In this document: positions 1 through 10,048 of the stretch, piece after piece
How positions within the stretch are numbered: the first letter of the stretch is position 1
Layout: each line of letters starts with the position of its first letter
Source: a virus
Taxonomy: Duplodnaviria; Caudoviricetes
IMG/VR virus record: IMGVR_UViG_3300020388_000042
Location: 1-31,748 of that record
Strand: one strand, 5' to 3'
Length of the DNA: 31,748 nucleotides
Notes under the pieces: generated by a model
What the model was told of the DNA's origin: nothing
Database searches by the model: none
Seen by the model: only the letters and a program-made list of their open reading frames with translations
Position numbers and translations under genes: made by a program

Positions 1-2721
1 TTCCGCTTTGAAGGGGTCAGCGCCAACGGTTACAACGTCGGGCAGATCTGGATCGGGTTTGAGATCCAGCTGCTGCCGTCGCATCGCCACCACACAAGAG
101 AACTCACATACGACGACGTTTTTCAGCTCTCGAAGTCAAGGCTCAGCGAGCACACCCCGATTCCGCAGACCTACAGCAACACAAGAGAGCACACCACAAG
201 CGCCCATCAAACCGCTACACAATCCGATCAGTGGCAGTCAGCTCAGCAGACCTGGGACTCTGCAACCTGGGACGGCCCAGATGGCTGGTTTGAGGTTGAC
301 GCGCAACCTGTCGACACCTGGGCAAGCACCTACAGCTGGACAAATTATCCGCAGCTTGAGCAAGTTCTCGGCTTTAGCCTTGCGGGCATCTGCCTGTCAG
401 AAACCGGGCAACTGTCAGACGCTCTGGACGCATGGCGGCCATTGCTTGACCCAGCGGCACCGTTTATGGGGAGCCAAACCAAAACAATCGCAGACTTTCC
501 AGACCGTGTCGGAATCATTCCGTCGTCTGTTGTTGTTGACGAAACAGCTGGAACAATCAGCGCCACCAGGATTGTTAAGTCTCCTTACATATTTGCCGCC
601 GATTATTGGCAGCCTTATGGAACCATCACCGTTCCTCTGTTTAACAGCGCAGGCCTCCGCCAGACCTTCAGTCTTGGCGAGATCAAAACGGCAGTCGGTC
701 CCGGCGTTTCAGTTTTTACAGATGTTTATGTCGGCGATTATGCGACGAACCTCTTTTACGGGGTCGAAAGCAATGACGGCATTCTTGGAGACACTCAAGC
801 CACGCTCAGCTTTACAACTTCTGAGCGTTTCGAGCGCAGCCATCAGACAACAGCAGACCACTCACTTAGCGATCACGAGCGGGGTGTGGGTGATGACTGG
901 GCCAGCGTGCGCGGGCCGGGCTGGGTCAACCCCCGTGATATTGGCTACGCAATCGAAACAATTCAGATCGACGAGGTGGCCGGAACGATCTCCGCGCAGC
1001 GGGTCGAACAGCGGGTCCAAGCTGGCGCAACGACATATTGGTACTTTGCACTCGGGACCGTTGACACGTTCCCGCTCTATGACGCGGACGGCATCCGCCA
1101 ACGAGTCAAAACTGGCGCAACGACTTGGGTTTCTTTCAATTATGCGGCGGACTCGCTCAACATTCCCAATGTCTGGGGCGGCACTTTCGCTCACGACCTG
1201 TTCATCGGCAACCCGCTCCGCCTGGTGCCGACGCACCGCGAGCGCTCCGCGACCCTTAAATATCTCGACCGTTTCATTCTCAGCCTCAGCCGGCTCAGTG
1301 AAACGATCGACCTTTCACAGGTCACAAGCAACACCCGCGAGCACACCGCAGAGTCGCTGCAGGTTCAGCCTCAATCCAATCAGTGGCAACTCGCCACCGA
1401 AACATGGGATGGCCTCGGGGCCTGGGACACAGAGCCCGGCTGGTTCGATACGCCTGCAGAAGACAGCACCTGGGCGACTCGCTACGCCTGGCAGCAGTTC
1501 CCACAACTGGAGCACGTTCTCGGCTTTAGCCGCACGATGGTCACGCTATCGGAAAGCGGGCACCTGTCAGATTCTGATGGCGTGTTGGGCGACACCCATG
1601 CAACCCTCGGATTCTTTGAGGAAGAGCGGGTTGATCGCAGCCATCAGACAACAGTAGATCACGCAAGCAGCAATCACGATCTGGGCCTTGCTGACAACTG
1701 GGTCGACGTTACCGGCACGCTTGGTTGGACTAGCCGTGATAAAGGCTACGCCGTCGAGACGATTCAGATTAACGAATTGGCCGGAACGATCACCGCGCAA
1801 CGGGTCGAGCAGTGGACGAACGTCCTCAGCGGCCTTTCACTGCACTATCAGCTGGGAGCGGTCGACACGTTCCCGCTATACGACGCAAACGGAATCCAAC
1901 AGCAGTTCAAGTACACCGCAACTGCCCCAGTCAATTTCAGCTGGGCTGCGCATAACAGCGGCATCGCCAACGTCTGGGGCGGCTCCATCGCGATCTACCT
2001 GCTCATTGGCAACCCGCTTCAATTAGTGCCGACGCATCGCGAGCGCTTCCAGACGCTGGCCTATGACGATCTCTTCGAGCTGTCACGCAGCCGTTTAAGC
2101 GAGCACATTCCGCTGTTTAACCAACAAAGTAATACGCGGGAACACGGCGGGGAGTTGACATGGACAACCGATCAGTTCAACACTTGGAACGACACCAGCC
2201 CAACATGGACGGCTGCCGCAGATTGGCAGTCAGGCGGCTGGATCGACGCCGAAAACGAACCGACATGGTACGAGGCTTACACCTGGCAGCATTATTCGTT
2301 GCTGGAGGCAGTCTCTAAATTTAGCCTTGCGCATCTTTATCTCTCAGACACTGAAGACAAGCTTGGCGAAACAAATGCAACTCTTGGTTGGGATGTCTCG
2401 CAACGCTTTGACCGAAGCAACAGCGTGGTCACAATTTCCGGGACTCATCAGATCCTGTCAGCGCACCGGTTGCACACCAGAACTGTTCAATCTGAGGCGA
2501 CACTATTTATTGAGCCAACATGGGCAGACGGGATTTGGGCAGGCCCTGGTGCTCCGATCTGGGCAAGGGGTAATGAAGACTGGCAAAATGGAACATGGCC
2601 AGCAGCAGATTGGTTAGATGGCGCAGATCTCACATGGGCGGATGAACCTATGTGGGCAAGAATCGCCCGCTGGCAAGTCGCTAGCCTGGTTGTTGAAAGC
2701 CAGCATCAGACTCACGTCTGA
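1..2721 (+). CDS. Large repeat-containing virion/baseplate-region protein, 5'-truncated (possibly an extended P2 gpI-like baseplate protein)
   Basis: The frame of ORF 442..2721 is open back to base 1 (FRFEGVSANG...), so the gene starts before the window. It has internal repeats of ~260-270 aa (LGDTxATL at nt 784, 1585, 2362) and Trp-rich segments, and lies directly upstream of baseplate/fibre genes. The gpI guess is positional only. Confidence 0.75.
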   Translation, partial: FRFEGVSANGYNVGQIWIGFEIQLLPSHRHHTRELTYDDVFQLSKSRLSEHTPIPQTYSNTREHTTSAHQTATQSDQWQSAQQTWDSATWDGPDGWFEVDAQPVDTWASTYSWTNYPQLEQVLGFSLAGICLSETGQLSDALDAWRPLLDPAAPFMGSQTKTIADFPDRVGIIPSSVVVDETAGTISATRIVKSPYIFAADYWQPYGTITVPLFNSAGLRQTFSLGEIKTAVGPGVSVFTDVYVGDYATNLFYGVESNDGILGDTQATLSFTTSERFERSHQTTADHSLSDHERGVGDDWASVRGPGWVNPRDIGYAIETIQIDEVAGTISAQRVEQRVQAGATTYWYFALGTVDTFPLYDADGIRQRVKTGATTWVSFNYAADSLNIPNVWGGTFAHDLFIGNPLRLVPTHRERSATLKYLDRFILSLSRLSETIDLSQVTSNTREHTAESLQVQPQSNQWQLATETWDGLGAWDTEPGWFDTPAEDSTWATRYAWQQFPQLEHVLGFSRTMVTLSESGHLSDSDGVLGDTHATLGFFEEERVDRSHQTTVDHASSNHDLGLADNWVDVTGTLGWTSRDKGYAVETIQINELAGTITAQRVEQWTNVLSGLSLHYQLGAVDTFPLYDANGIQQQFKYTATAPVNFSWAAHNSGIANVWGGSIAIYLLIGNPLQLVPTHRERFQTLAYDDLFELSRSRLSEHIPLFNQQSNTREHGGELTWTTDQFNTWNDTSPTWTAAADWQSGGWIDAENEPTWYEAYTWQHYSLLEAVSKFSLAHLYLSDTEDKLGETNATLGWDVSQRFDRSNSVVTISGTHQILSAHRLHTRTVQSEATLFIEPTWADGIWAGPGAPIWARGNEDWQNGTWPAADWLDGADLTWADEPMWARIARWQVASLVVESQHQTHV

Positions 2722-2763
2722 TTTAACTTATATGATGAACAAGTCACAGGAGGTGGTCGCCCG

Positions 2764-3252
2764 ATGGCAACTCTCGTAACAACAGGGCGAGCCGGTTTGG
2801 CCGCATCCGTTGCAGCTCGGAACATTTTTCTAGGAATTGGCGCAGGCCAAACTTCCTGGGATGCGAACGGCGTTGATCCTGAAAATATCGGTTCAACGGC
2901 GCTTTACGACGCGATTGGCTATCGCAAAGCAGCACAGGTCGATTTCGTCACCACGGCTTCGCAAGGCGCAATCAGTCTGCCCAGCGGCAGATATGACGTA
3001 AGCACCAGTCAAACAAATTTGCTTTATTGCAAATTTACGTTGGATTTCGTGGATGCAAGCACAGCAACCATTCGCGAAACCGGCATCTTTTTAGATGTGC
3101 AGACAGGAACAAGTCTCCCAGCGGGGCAAATGTTCTTTGATGCAAATACTGAAGTGACAGATCCTGGCACTCTGTATCTCATCGAGCACGTCTCTAGCAT
3201 CATTCGGACACCCGCAACTCGGGAAACGTTTGAGTTTGTCTTGACCTTCTAA
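2764..3252 (+). CDS. Baseplate/tail-collar-like structural protein
   Basis: RBS AGGAGG at 2747-2752. The MATLVTTGRAGLAA...IRETGIF...RETFEFVLTF pattern is typical of the small gene preceding DUF4815 proteins in myovirus tail operons. Confidence 0.7.
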   Translation: MATLVTTGRAGLAASVAARNIFLGIGAGQTSWDANGVDPENIGSTALYDAIGYRKAAQVDFVTTASQGAISLPSGRYDVSTSQTNLLYCKFTLDFVDASTATIRETGIFLDVQTGTSLPAGQMFFDANTEVTDPGTLYLIEHVSSIIRTPATRETFEFVLTF

Positions 3253-3265
3253 AGGATTAAAAACC

Positions 3266-6200
3266 ATGTCTCTTCAAGGTTATTACAACCGATTTTCAAG
3301 CGCTGATCAGTTCGATGAACTTCTCTTTCGTGCCAGTAAAGGTCTGCAATCTGCAGAGCTGAATGAAAGCCAATCGATTCTTTCTGATCGCATTACCAAA
3401 ATTGCTAATGCAATTTTTCAAGACGGCTCAATCGTAAGAGGCGGCGCGGCAATTTTAGACCCCGCAACCGGCGATGTAACCATGAACTCCGGCGCGATTT
3501 ACGTGCTGGGTGCTGTCCGGGAAGTTGCAGAATCCCAATTTCAAATTCCTACGACTGGTGGATTGCAAATTGGCATCCGAGTCGTAACAACAACTGTTAC
3601 CGAGCTTGAAAACGCAGCATTGCGTGATCCTGCAACCGGGACGCGCAACTATCAAGAACCAGGCGCAGGCCGCACAAAGCGGACTATTTCATGGGGCTGG
3701 TCTGGAGACGGATCAACCGGCGATTTTTACGGCGTCTATGACGTTCTAAACGGCGCGTTAGTTCAAGCCTTTGACCCTCCAGAACTTGACAGCGTTAAGC
3801 GTCTTGTCGCTCGTTATGACTACGACGCAAATGGCTCTTACATTGTTCGCGGCAATCGCATTACGGCTCTTGGCAAAGACGCAAGTCAATCAAATTATTT
3901 GTTTACCGTTTCAGAGGGCGTTGCAAACATTACTGGCAACAAAGTTGCTAAGCCTACGGCGACTAGCCTGAGCTATACAATCGACCCTGATCTGCAAAGC
4001 ATTGGGAACGAACCAAAAGTTTCTGGCGGTGCAACAACCCAAACTCTTTCAGCAAACCGGACGCCACTGAATGCAATTCAGGACGTTGTAATTACTGAAG
4101 AAAAAACAGTAACTCTGACGCATGGCAGTTTTACTGGCGCACTAGACATTCTGCCTGACACTTCTGTTTTGCAGATTATTAGTGTTAGCCAAAGCGGCAC
4201 AACTTTCAGTGCTGGTAATGACTACAACCTGACGGCAGATCAAGTTGACTGGACTCCATCAGGAGCAGAGCCCGCTCCGGGTTCAACTTACGAAGTCACT
4301 TTTCAGTACCTTAATAGCGTCCAAGCTACAAACATCGACGCAGACGCTGGTACTTTCGAAGTTACCGGTGCTGTTGCAAGCACATTGGTTTTGGTTGATT
4401 ACAACTGGAAGATGCCTCGCATTGACCGGATTGTCCTTGACGCTGGCGGTTATTACCACCGGGTGAGAGGAACTTCGACTGCCTTCAATCCACAAGCACC
4501 GCAGATTCCTGCCGATCAATTAGGAATTGGCGAATACTATCAAGATTGGAAGAGCTACAACGACCCGAAAGTTGACAACAACGGAATCAGGGTCACTTCA
4601 ATGCGTGAACAGACGCAGATGAAGAAAGCCATTGTTGACCTGTATGAACTGGTCGCAGATGAAAGACTGCAACGAGACATTTCATCACGAGAACCAACTG
4701 CAAAGTTTGGTCTCTTTACTGACCCATTTATCGACGGCGATTTGCGCGATCTAGGCGTCGCACAAGACGCAGTCATTGTTGCTGAGGAACTGCAACTAGC
4801 AGTTAACGGATCACCAGTTCGGCCCTCTCAAAACAACCTTGCATTCAACTTGCTGCCTTATCAAGAGGTCGCAGCGGTAACGCAAAGTCTGTCAACAGGA
4901 TTCATGAAAGTGAACCCTTACGGCAACTTTGACCCTGTGCCAGCCGTGGTCAGTCTTGATCCGGCAATTGATCTTTGGATTGTTTCTGACGATCAAACCA
5001 CCTTCAGCACACAAAGCTTTACCTCCGGGTGGGGCAACATGTCGAGCACTTCGACAAGCACCGTTACCAACCTCGTTTCAGAGCAGCAAGCCAACATCGA
5101 AAACCTCCGGGTTCGGGATGTTGATTTTGTAGTCGAAGGCTTTGATGCCTCGGAGATTCTTGACCGGATCGAATTTGATGGTCAAGACCTTGGCAACAAC
5201 GGCGAAGTTGCAGATGCCAATGGCGAAGTAACTGGCTCTTTTGCGGTTCCATCTGGCATCCCCGCCGGTTCAAAAGAGGTACGGTTCCACGGCAACCAAG
5301 GCAGTTTTGGAGCTGCTACCTACACCGGCCAAGGCACTTTAATCTCTCGCCGGTTTGAGCAAATTACGACCACCAATACGACGTTCTGGTGGCAGCCACC
5401 GTTCTGGTGGGGCTGGGATCCGTTGGCACAATCTTTCAGCCTTGATGAGGATCGCCATTTGACTTCTGTCGACATCTTCATGGAAGACATCGGCACGAAA
5501 GATCTAATGGTGCAACTTAGGGAGTCCGATAATGGCGTCCCGCAGCGTCAAGCACTGATGCAAACTCGCGTCAAGGCATCGGCTCTTAACGCATCAGGCG
5601 CAACACGGATTACATTCCCATTCCCAATTTATCTGAACGCAAACCAGGAATACTTCCTGGTCTTCTTGACAGATGATGCGACCCATTCTTTGAGAACTGC
5701 TGAACTGGGCAAATACGATTCCACTGCAAACCAGTGGGTCAGTGCTCAGCCTTACACCATCGGTGTTCTACTTAGCAGCTCCAATGCTTCGAGCTGGACT
5801 GTCCACAACGACAAAGACCTCAAGTTCACGCTCAACGTCGCTGAATTTACCCAGAACACGCAGACAATTAACTTGGGCAGTTTGACGGTTTCCAATATGA
5901 CCGACCTGCTGGTTACAGCCCCAATTGATGTCCCAGGTGATTCAACTCGGGTCAGCTTCCGCTACACCCGAAGCACTGGCGAAGTCTTCAACCTGGCGCC
6001 TGATCAGGCAATTCCACTTGAGGCCAGTATTTCTGACACTCTTCAAGTCCAAGCGATTTTGGAGGGCACTACAAAAGAGTCACCGATTCTTTACCCTGGC
6101 GTTCTCAGCTTGCCGGGAACACTTGACACCTCTGGTTCTTACGTTGGACGCCAGTTCGATGTCAGTTCAGGGGCGACAACCATGAAGGTTGTTTACGAGG

Positions 6201-6421
6201 CAAAACTGGAGGCCGGTGCAACCGTAACTCCCCAATACGACAATTCTGGCTTCCAGAATCTCAGCCTATCCAGCGCTAACCCGGTTGGCGACGGCTGGGT
6301 TGAATACGTCTACGAAGACACCGGCATAACAGGAATGTCGGCAACTAAAGTTAAATTAACCCTTTCAGGATCGGCAGCCGGTCGACCCCTGGTCCGCAAA
6401 CTCCGTGCAGTGATGGTCTGA
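3266..6421 (+). CDS. DUF4815-type large virion/baseplate structural protein
   Basis: 1051 aa. N-terminal YYNRF...LLFRA..GLQSAELNE.Q, internal GLFTDPF.D and WDPLAQSF motifs are characteristic of DUF4815 proteins. Confidence 0.8.
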   Translation: MSLQGYYNRFSSADQFDELLFRASKGLQSAELNESQSILSDRITKIANAIFQDGSIVRGGAAILDPATGDVTMNSGAIYVLGAVREVAESQFQIPTTGGLQIGIRVVTTTVTELENAALRDPATGTRNYQEPGAGRTKRTISWGWSGDGSTGDFYGVYDVLNGALVQAFDPPELDSVKRLVARYDYDANGSYIVRGNRITALGKDASQSNYLFTVSEGVANITGNKVAKPTATSLSYTIDPDLQSIGNEPKVSGGATTQTLSANRTPLNAIQDVVITEEKTVTLTHGSFTGALDILPDTSVLQIISVSQSGTTFSAGNDYNLTADQVDWTPSGAEPAPGSTYEVTFQYLNSVQATNIDADAGTFEVTGAVASTLVLVDYNWKMPRIDRIVLDAGGYYHRVRGTSTAFNPQAPQIPADQLGIGEYYQDWKSYNDPKVDNNGIRVTSMREQTQMKKAIVDLYELVADERLQRDISSREPTAKFGLFTDPFIDGDLRDLGVAQDAVIVAEELQLAVNGSPVRPSQNNLAFNLLPYQEVAAVTQSLSTGFMKVNPYGNFDPVPAVVSLDPAIDLWIVSDDQTTFSTQSFTSGWGNMSSTSTSTVTNLVSEQQANIENLRVRDVDFVVEGFDASEILDRIEFDGQDLGNNGEVADANGEVTGSFAVPSGIPAGSKEVRFHGNQGSFGAATYTGQGTLISRRFEQITTTNTTFWWQPPFWWGWDPLAQSFSLDEDRHLTSVDIFMEDIGTKDLMVQLRESDNGVPQRQALMQTRVKASALNASGATRITFPFPIYLNANQEYFLVFLTDDATHSLRTAELGKYDSTANQWVSAQPYTIGVLLSSSNASSWTVHNDKDLKFTLNVAEFTQNTQTINLGSLTVSNMTDLLVTAPIDVPGDSTRVSFRYTRSTGEVFNLAPDQAIPLEASISDTLQVQAILEGTTKESPILYPGVLSLPGTLDTSGSYVGRQFDVSSGATTMKVVYEAKLEAGATVTPQYDNSGFQNLSLSSANPVGDGWVEYVYEDTGITGMSATKVKLTLSGSAAGRPLVRKLRAVMV

Positions 6422-6425
6422 ACCT

Positions 6426-7106
6426 ATGACAACCGACTCTAGAACCAACAACCGAAATTACGCAAAGCCGTATCCTTCCAACCTATTGGCTGCTGATGTC
6501 ATCAGGCTTGGACAGGCTCTCGATGCTATTGACGTAGACATGGCCGCACGCCTTACGCAGGCGGACGTGGCAACACTGATTCAAACCGCAGTTGACGATC
6601 TGGTCTCAGGTAGCACAGCTGCTTTAGATACATTGCAGGAACTTGCTGCTGCACTGGGGGACGATGCAAATTTCGCCACTACGGTGACAAACAGCATCTC
6701 CACCAAACTTGACAAGGCTGGCGGCACTTTGACTGGGCAAGTAACACTGCCCAGTAATCCGCAAGCCGGGACACTCCAAGCTGCGACTGCTCTCTATGTA
6801 GAGAACAGCCACACGACATGGGGTGAAGTCAACAACCTTGATGACGGCATCACACTTGACGCAAACAAGCGTTACTTGGTGGACACCACGGGCGGGGCTT
6901 TTACAGTCGAATTACCTGCTGCGCCAACTTCTGGCGATTACATCGAATTTCTCGATGCAGCCGGTAAATTTGATGTAAACAACCTAACCATTGATCGCAA
7001 CTCGCTGAAGATCATGGGCCTCGATGAGGACATGACCGTCGCCAAACTCAACGCCAGTTTCCGTCTGGTTTACGCAAACGCCACTTCTGGCTGGAGGATT
7101 AACTAA
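6426..7106 (+). CDS. Tail fibre protein
   Basis: Has the fibre motif ALDTLQELAAALGDDANFATTVTN and a C-terminal YLVDTTGGAFTVELPAAP...GW domain common in marine phage fibres. Confidence 0.75.
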   Translation: MTTDSRTNNRNYAKPYPSNLLAADVIRLGQALDAIDVDMAARLTQADVATLIQTAVDDLVSGSTAALDTLQELAAALGDDANFATTVTNSISTKLDKAGGTLTGQVTLPSNPQAGTLQAATALYVENSHTTWGEVNNLDDGITLDANKRYLVDTTGGAFTVELPAAPTSGDYIEFLDAAGKFDVNNLTIDRNSLKIMGLDEDMTVAKLNASFRLVYANATSGWRIN

Positions 7107-7108
7107 TC

Positions 7109-8299
7109 ATGAGCACACTTTCTCAATTTTTCGGATCTTCAGGTGGCGGCGGCGGCGAAGGCCCCCGCAACGCCATGAAAATGTGGACCAGCGCTGACCC
7201 AAGCCGGTCTAACGACCACAGCGGTCAAGACACAGGCTCTTATACCTGGGTCGTGCCTACTGATTTCGACGTGTCAGTTGCTCTGCGCGTTTACGTCTGG
7301 GGTGCTGGCGGTTGCGGTGGCAGTTCCGGTGGTAGCGGTGCATGCTACGGCGGCGGCGGTGGCGGTCTCGCAATTTCTGAGATCACAAGCCTGACCCCTG
7401 GCGATTCAGTGACTGTGACTGTGGGCGCCGGCTGCCGGTCTTACAACGGCCAAGGCGGCACTAGCTCCTTCGGCAGCTTCCTTTCAGCCACTGGCGGCAA
7501 CGCCGGAGACAACGCCACCAACCAAGGCGGCGGCGGCAATTACGGGGAGGGCGGCATGGGCCAAAGCGGCAACATCGCCAACAGGCGAGGCGGCTTTGGC
7601 GGCTATGGCTACAACAACAGCAGCTCCGGTTACGGTGGCGGCGGTGGATCTGCCCCAAGCCCTGACGGAGACAAAGACGGCTACACGGGTGGAGACGGCA
7701 CCAGCTATAGCGGTGGTGGTGGCGCTTCAATCAACTATCACGGGACAAGCCCTTACAGCAGCTACACAACAGTCGGCGGATCAGGCACAGCGGGCTACGG
7801 ATCAGCCTCGCAAAGCACCTCCACCAACTACAGTTACGGCGGTAATGGCGGTGCTGGCATCCTCGGATCCGGTGGACGCGGTGCTGCGACAGGCAACTAT
7901 TCAAACACCGCCATCGGAATTGATCAGGCAACTGACGGGCAAGGACACTCAATCTGGACCCCGAACATGATCCTGCTTGGCGGCGGTGGTGGCGGCGGCG
8001 GCGCTGCTTGTTATCACAGCTCTGAGAGAGCAGGCTCAAACGGCGGCAACGGCGGGCCAGGTGCTGGCGGCGGTAGCGCACAGTCCTACAGCAGCGGCGC
8101 TACCAACACTTACATGAGTGGCGGCGCAGGCGGAATGCTTGGCGGCGGCGGTGGTGGCCCTCAATACTCCCAAGGTGGCGCAGGTGGCGCTGCTGGTGGT
8201 GGCGGTAGCGCAGGCTATGGCATGTATCCCAGCAGCACAGTTAATCACGGCTGGGGCGGTGACGGCCTCATTTTCATTCAGTACAAAATCATCTTCTGA
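7109..8299 (+). CDS. Glycine-rich tail fibre tip / putative adhesin
   Basis: 396 aa with many GGGGG/GAGG runs separated by Tyr/Ser-rich loops. The VYVWGAGGCGG...GGDGLIFIQY framework is typical of Gly-rich phage domains. It follows the fibre gene. Confidence 0.7.
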   Translation: MSTLSQFFGSSGGGGGEGPRNAMKMWTSADPSRSNDHSGQDTGSYTWVVPTDFDVSVALRVYVWGAGGCGGSSGGSGACYGGGGGGLAISEITSLTPGDSVTVTVGAGCRSYNGQGGTSSFGSFLSATGGNAGDNATNQGGGGNYGEGGMGQSGNIANRRGGFGGYGYNNSSSGYGGGGGSAPSPDGDKDGYTGGDGTSYSGGGGASINYHGTSPYSSYTTVGGSGTAGYGSASQSTSTNYSYGGNGGAGILGSGGRGAATGNYSNTAIGIDQATDGQGHSIWTPNMILLGGGGGGGGAACYHSSERAGSNGGNGGPGAGGGSAQSYSSGATNTYMSGGAGGMLGGGGGGPQYSQGGAGGAAGGGGSAGYGMYPSSTVNHGWGGDGLIFIQYKIIF

Positions 8300-8313
8300 G
8301 GAGGCCCTGAACA

Positions 8314-8742
8314 ATGAAAAAGTACGCACGATTCTTCGATGACGGACGAGTTATCGAAACTCATTACGGCAACCCTGAGACAGATTTTGTGGCAGCCATT
8401 GCCGCACAATTTCAAGAGGTTCCCGATGATGTCCAGCCAAACGACAAGCGTTTGGCTGATGGCACCTTCGAGAAGTATGTGGCCGAAAAGCCACCCAAAC
8501 TTCCCGCACCTGTTAAGTATCTGAGTGCTCCCGACCTGGCAAACTTTATGTCCCGAGCCGAAAGGCTCGCCTACAAAGCCGCTGCTAGTTCGGATCCTAT
8601 TGTCGAAGATTTTGCAGCAATGCTGGATCTCGGCCCCCTGGTGCTTACCGAGGCTGACACTACAGATGCCATCGACAAACTGGCAGCGCTAAAGGTTTTG
8701 ACCGCAGCTCGCGCGAAAGAACTTAAGGATCTGGAGGCTTGA
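8314..8742 (+). CDS. Hypothetical protein, probable tail fibre assembly/accessory factor
   Basis: RBS GAGGAGG. Located between the Gly-rich fibre gene and the sheath gene; function is inferred from position only. Confidence 0.55.
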   Translation: MKKYARFFDDGRVIETHYGNPETDFVAAIAAQFQEVPDDVQPNDKRLADGTFEKYVAEKPPKLPAPVKYLSAPDLANFMSRAERLAYKAAASSDPIVEDFAAMLDLGPLVLTEADTTDAIDKLAALKVLTAARAKELKDLEA

Positions 8743-8745
8743 TCA

Positions 8746-10035
8746 ATGCCAAGTAATTTTCTTCACGGTGTTGAAGTAGTTCAACTTACTGAAGGTGTCC
8801 GTCCGATTCAGACCGTAAGGTCTGCTGTCATCGGCGTTGTTGGCACTGCACCTAACGCAGACGCAACAGTTTACCCACTTAATGAGCCTGTGCTTGTTAA
8901 CGGGAGTCGCACAAAAGCTGCAAAGCTTGGCGATTCTGGCACCTTGCCTGGCGCCATGGCTGGCATCTTTGCTCAAATTGGAGCGACTGTAGTTATCGTC
9001 CGTGTTGCAGAAGGTGCAGATGAAGCTGCAACGATTGCAAATGTTGCAGGCGATTCACTGCAACAGACAGGCGTATGGGCATTTCTTAAAGCAGAATCTG
9101 CTCTTGGCGTTTCTCCGAAGCTTCTTTGCAGCCCCGGTTTTACGCATCAAGCGACTTTAACTGTTGGCTCTGAAGTTGCCAATCCAGTAGTCGTTGCAAT
9201 GGCAGCAGCTTCGAGCAGTGGCACTGGCGTTAGTGATCGCTTGCGAGCAATTGCAATTGTTGATGGCCCCGCAACAACGGCGTCAGATGCAAACTTGTTT
9301 GCAGACTTACATGTATCAGACCGCGTTTACGTTGTTGACCCACACGTCAAAACAACGAAAGACACAACTGTACCCGCTTCTGCTCATGTAGCAGGCGTAA
9401 TTGCTAAGTCTGATGCAGAGCGCGGTTTCTGGTTCAGTCCTTCTAACCGCATTATTCAAGGCATCGTAGGCGTTAGCCGTCCCGTAGGATTCTTCTTGGG
9501 AGATGAAAATAGCGAGGCTAATTTGCTGAATGAAAATGATGTTGCCACGATTATTCGTGAAAACGGTTTTCGTCTTTGGGGCAATCATTCCACGACTAGC
9601 GATCAGCAAATGCAGTTTCTGTCTACCCGTCGCACGGTAGATATGGTCAATGAAAGTGTCATGCGTGCTCATCTTTGGGCCGTGGACAAGTGCATTACCC
9701 GCACTTATCTGCAAGATTTGCGTGAATCCGTTGCTTCTTACCTGCGCAGCTTGGAAGCCCGAGGTGCAATTTTAGGCTCTGAAGTAACTGTTGACCCAGA
9801 AGCAAACTCTGCGACTGACATCGCGAATGGTCAAGTCACACTAGATTTTGAGTTCACGCCAGCGTATCCAGCTGAGCGAGTCCGCTTCCGTAGTGTCTTG
9901 AGCAATCGCTTTATTGAAACTGTCTTGACAGATTCAAACGCACAGGATGCGAGCCAAGCTGAACCACAAACCGAAAATCAGCCTGGCAACCAGAACACCG
10001 CCGACCAGACAGGTTCTGGCGACACCAACCTGTAG
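8746..10035 (+). CDS. Contractile tail sheath protein (P2 FI-like)
   Basis: N-terminus FLHGVEVV...RPIQTVRSAVIGVVGTA; GFWFSPSN, GFRLWGN and FTPAYPAE motifs. Confidence 0.95.
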   Translation: MPSNFLHGVEVVQLTEGVRPIQTVRSAVIGVVGTAPNADATVYPLNEPVLVNGSRTKAAKLGDSGTLPGAMAGIFAQIGATVVIVRVAEGADEAATIANVAGDSLQQTGVWAFLKAESALGVSPKLLCSPGFTHQATLTVGSEVANPVVVAMAAASSSGTGVSDRLRAIAIVDGPATTASDANLFADLHVSDRVYVVDPHVKTTKDTTVPASAHVAGVIAKSDAERGFWFSPSNRIIQGIVGVSRPVGFFLGDENSEANLLNENDVATIIRENGFRLWGNHSTTSDQQMQFLSTRRTVDMVNESVMRAHLWAVDKCITRTYLQDLRESVASYLRSLEARGAILGSEVTVDPEANSATDIANGQVTLDFEFTPAYPAERVRFRSVLSNRFIETVLTDSNAQDASQAEPQTENQPGNQNTADQTGSGDTNL

Positions 10036-10048
10036 GAGGATTTGACTA

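Noticed and set aside
8-1657. 549-aa ORF in the +1 frame over the first gene
   Set aside because: Ser/Arg/Thr-rich shadow translation. The overlapping frame carries the conserved protein repeats, and its CTC/GTC codon preference suppresses stops in this frame.
784-2400. Diversity-generating retroelement TR/VR pair
   Set aside because: The repeats are in-frame protein duplications with mostly synonymous, not adenine-specific, differences, and there is no reverse transcriptase in the window.
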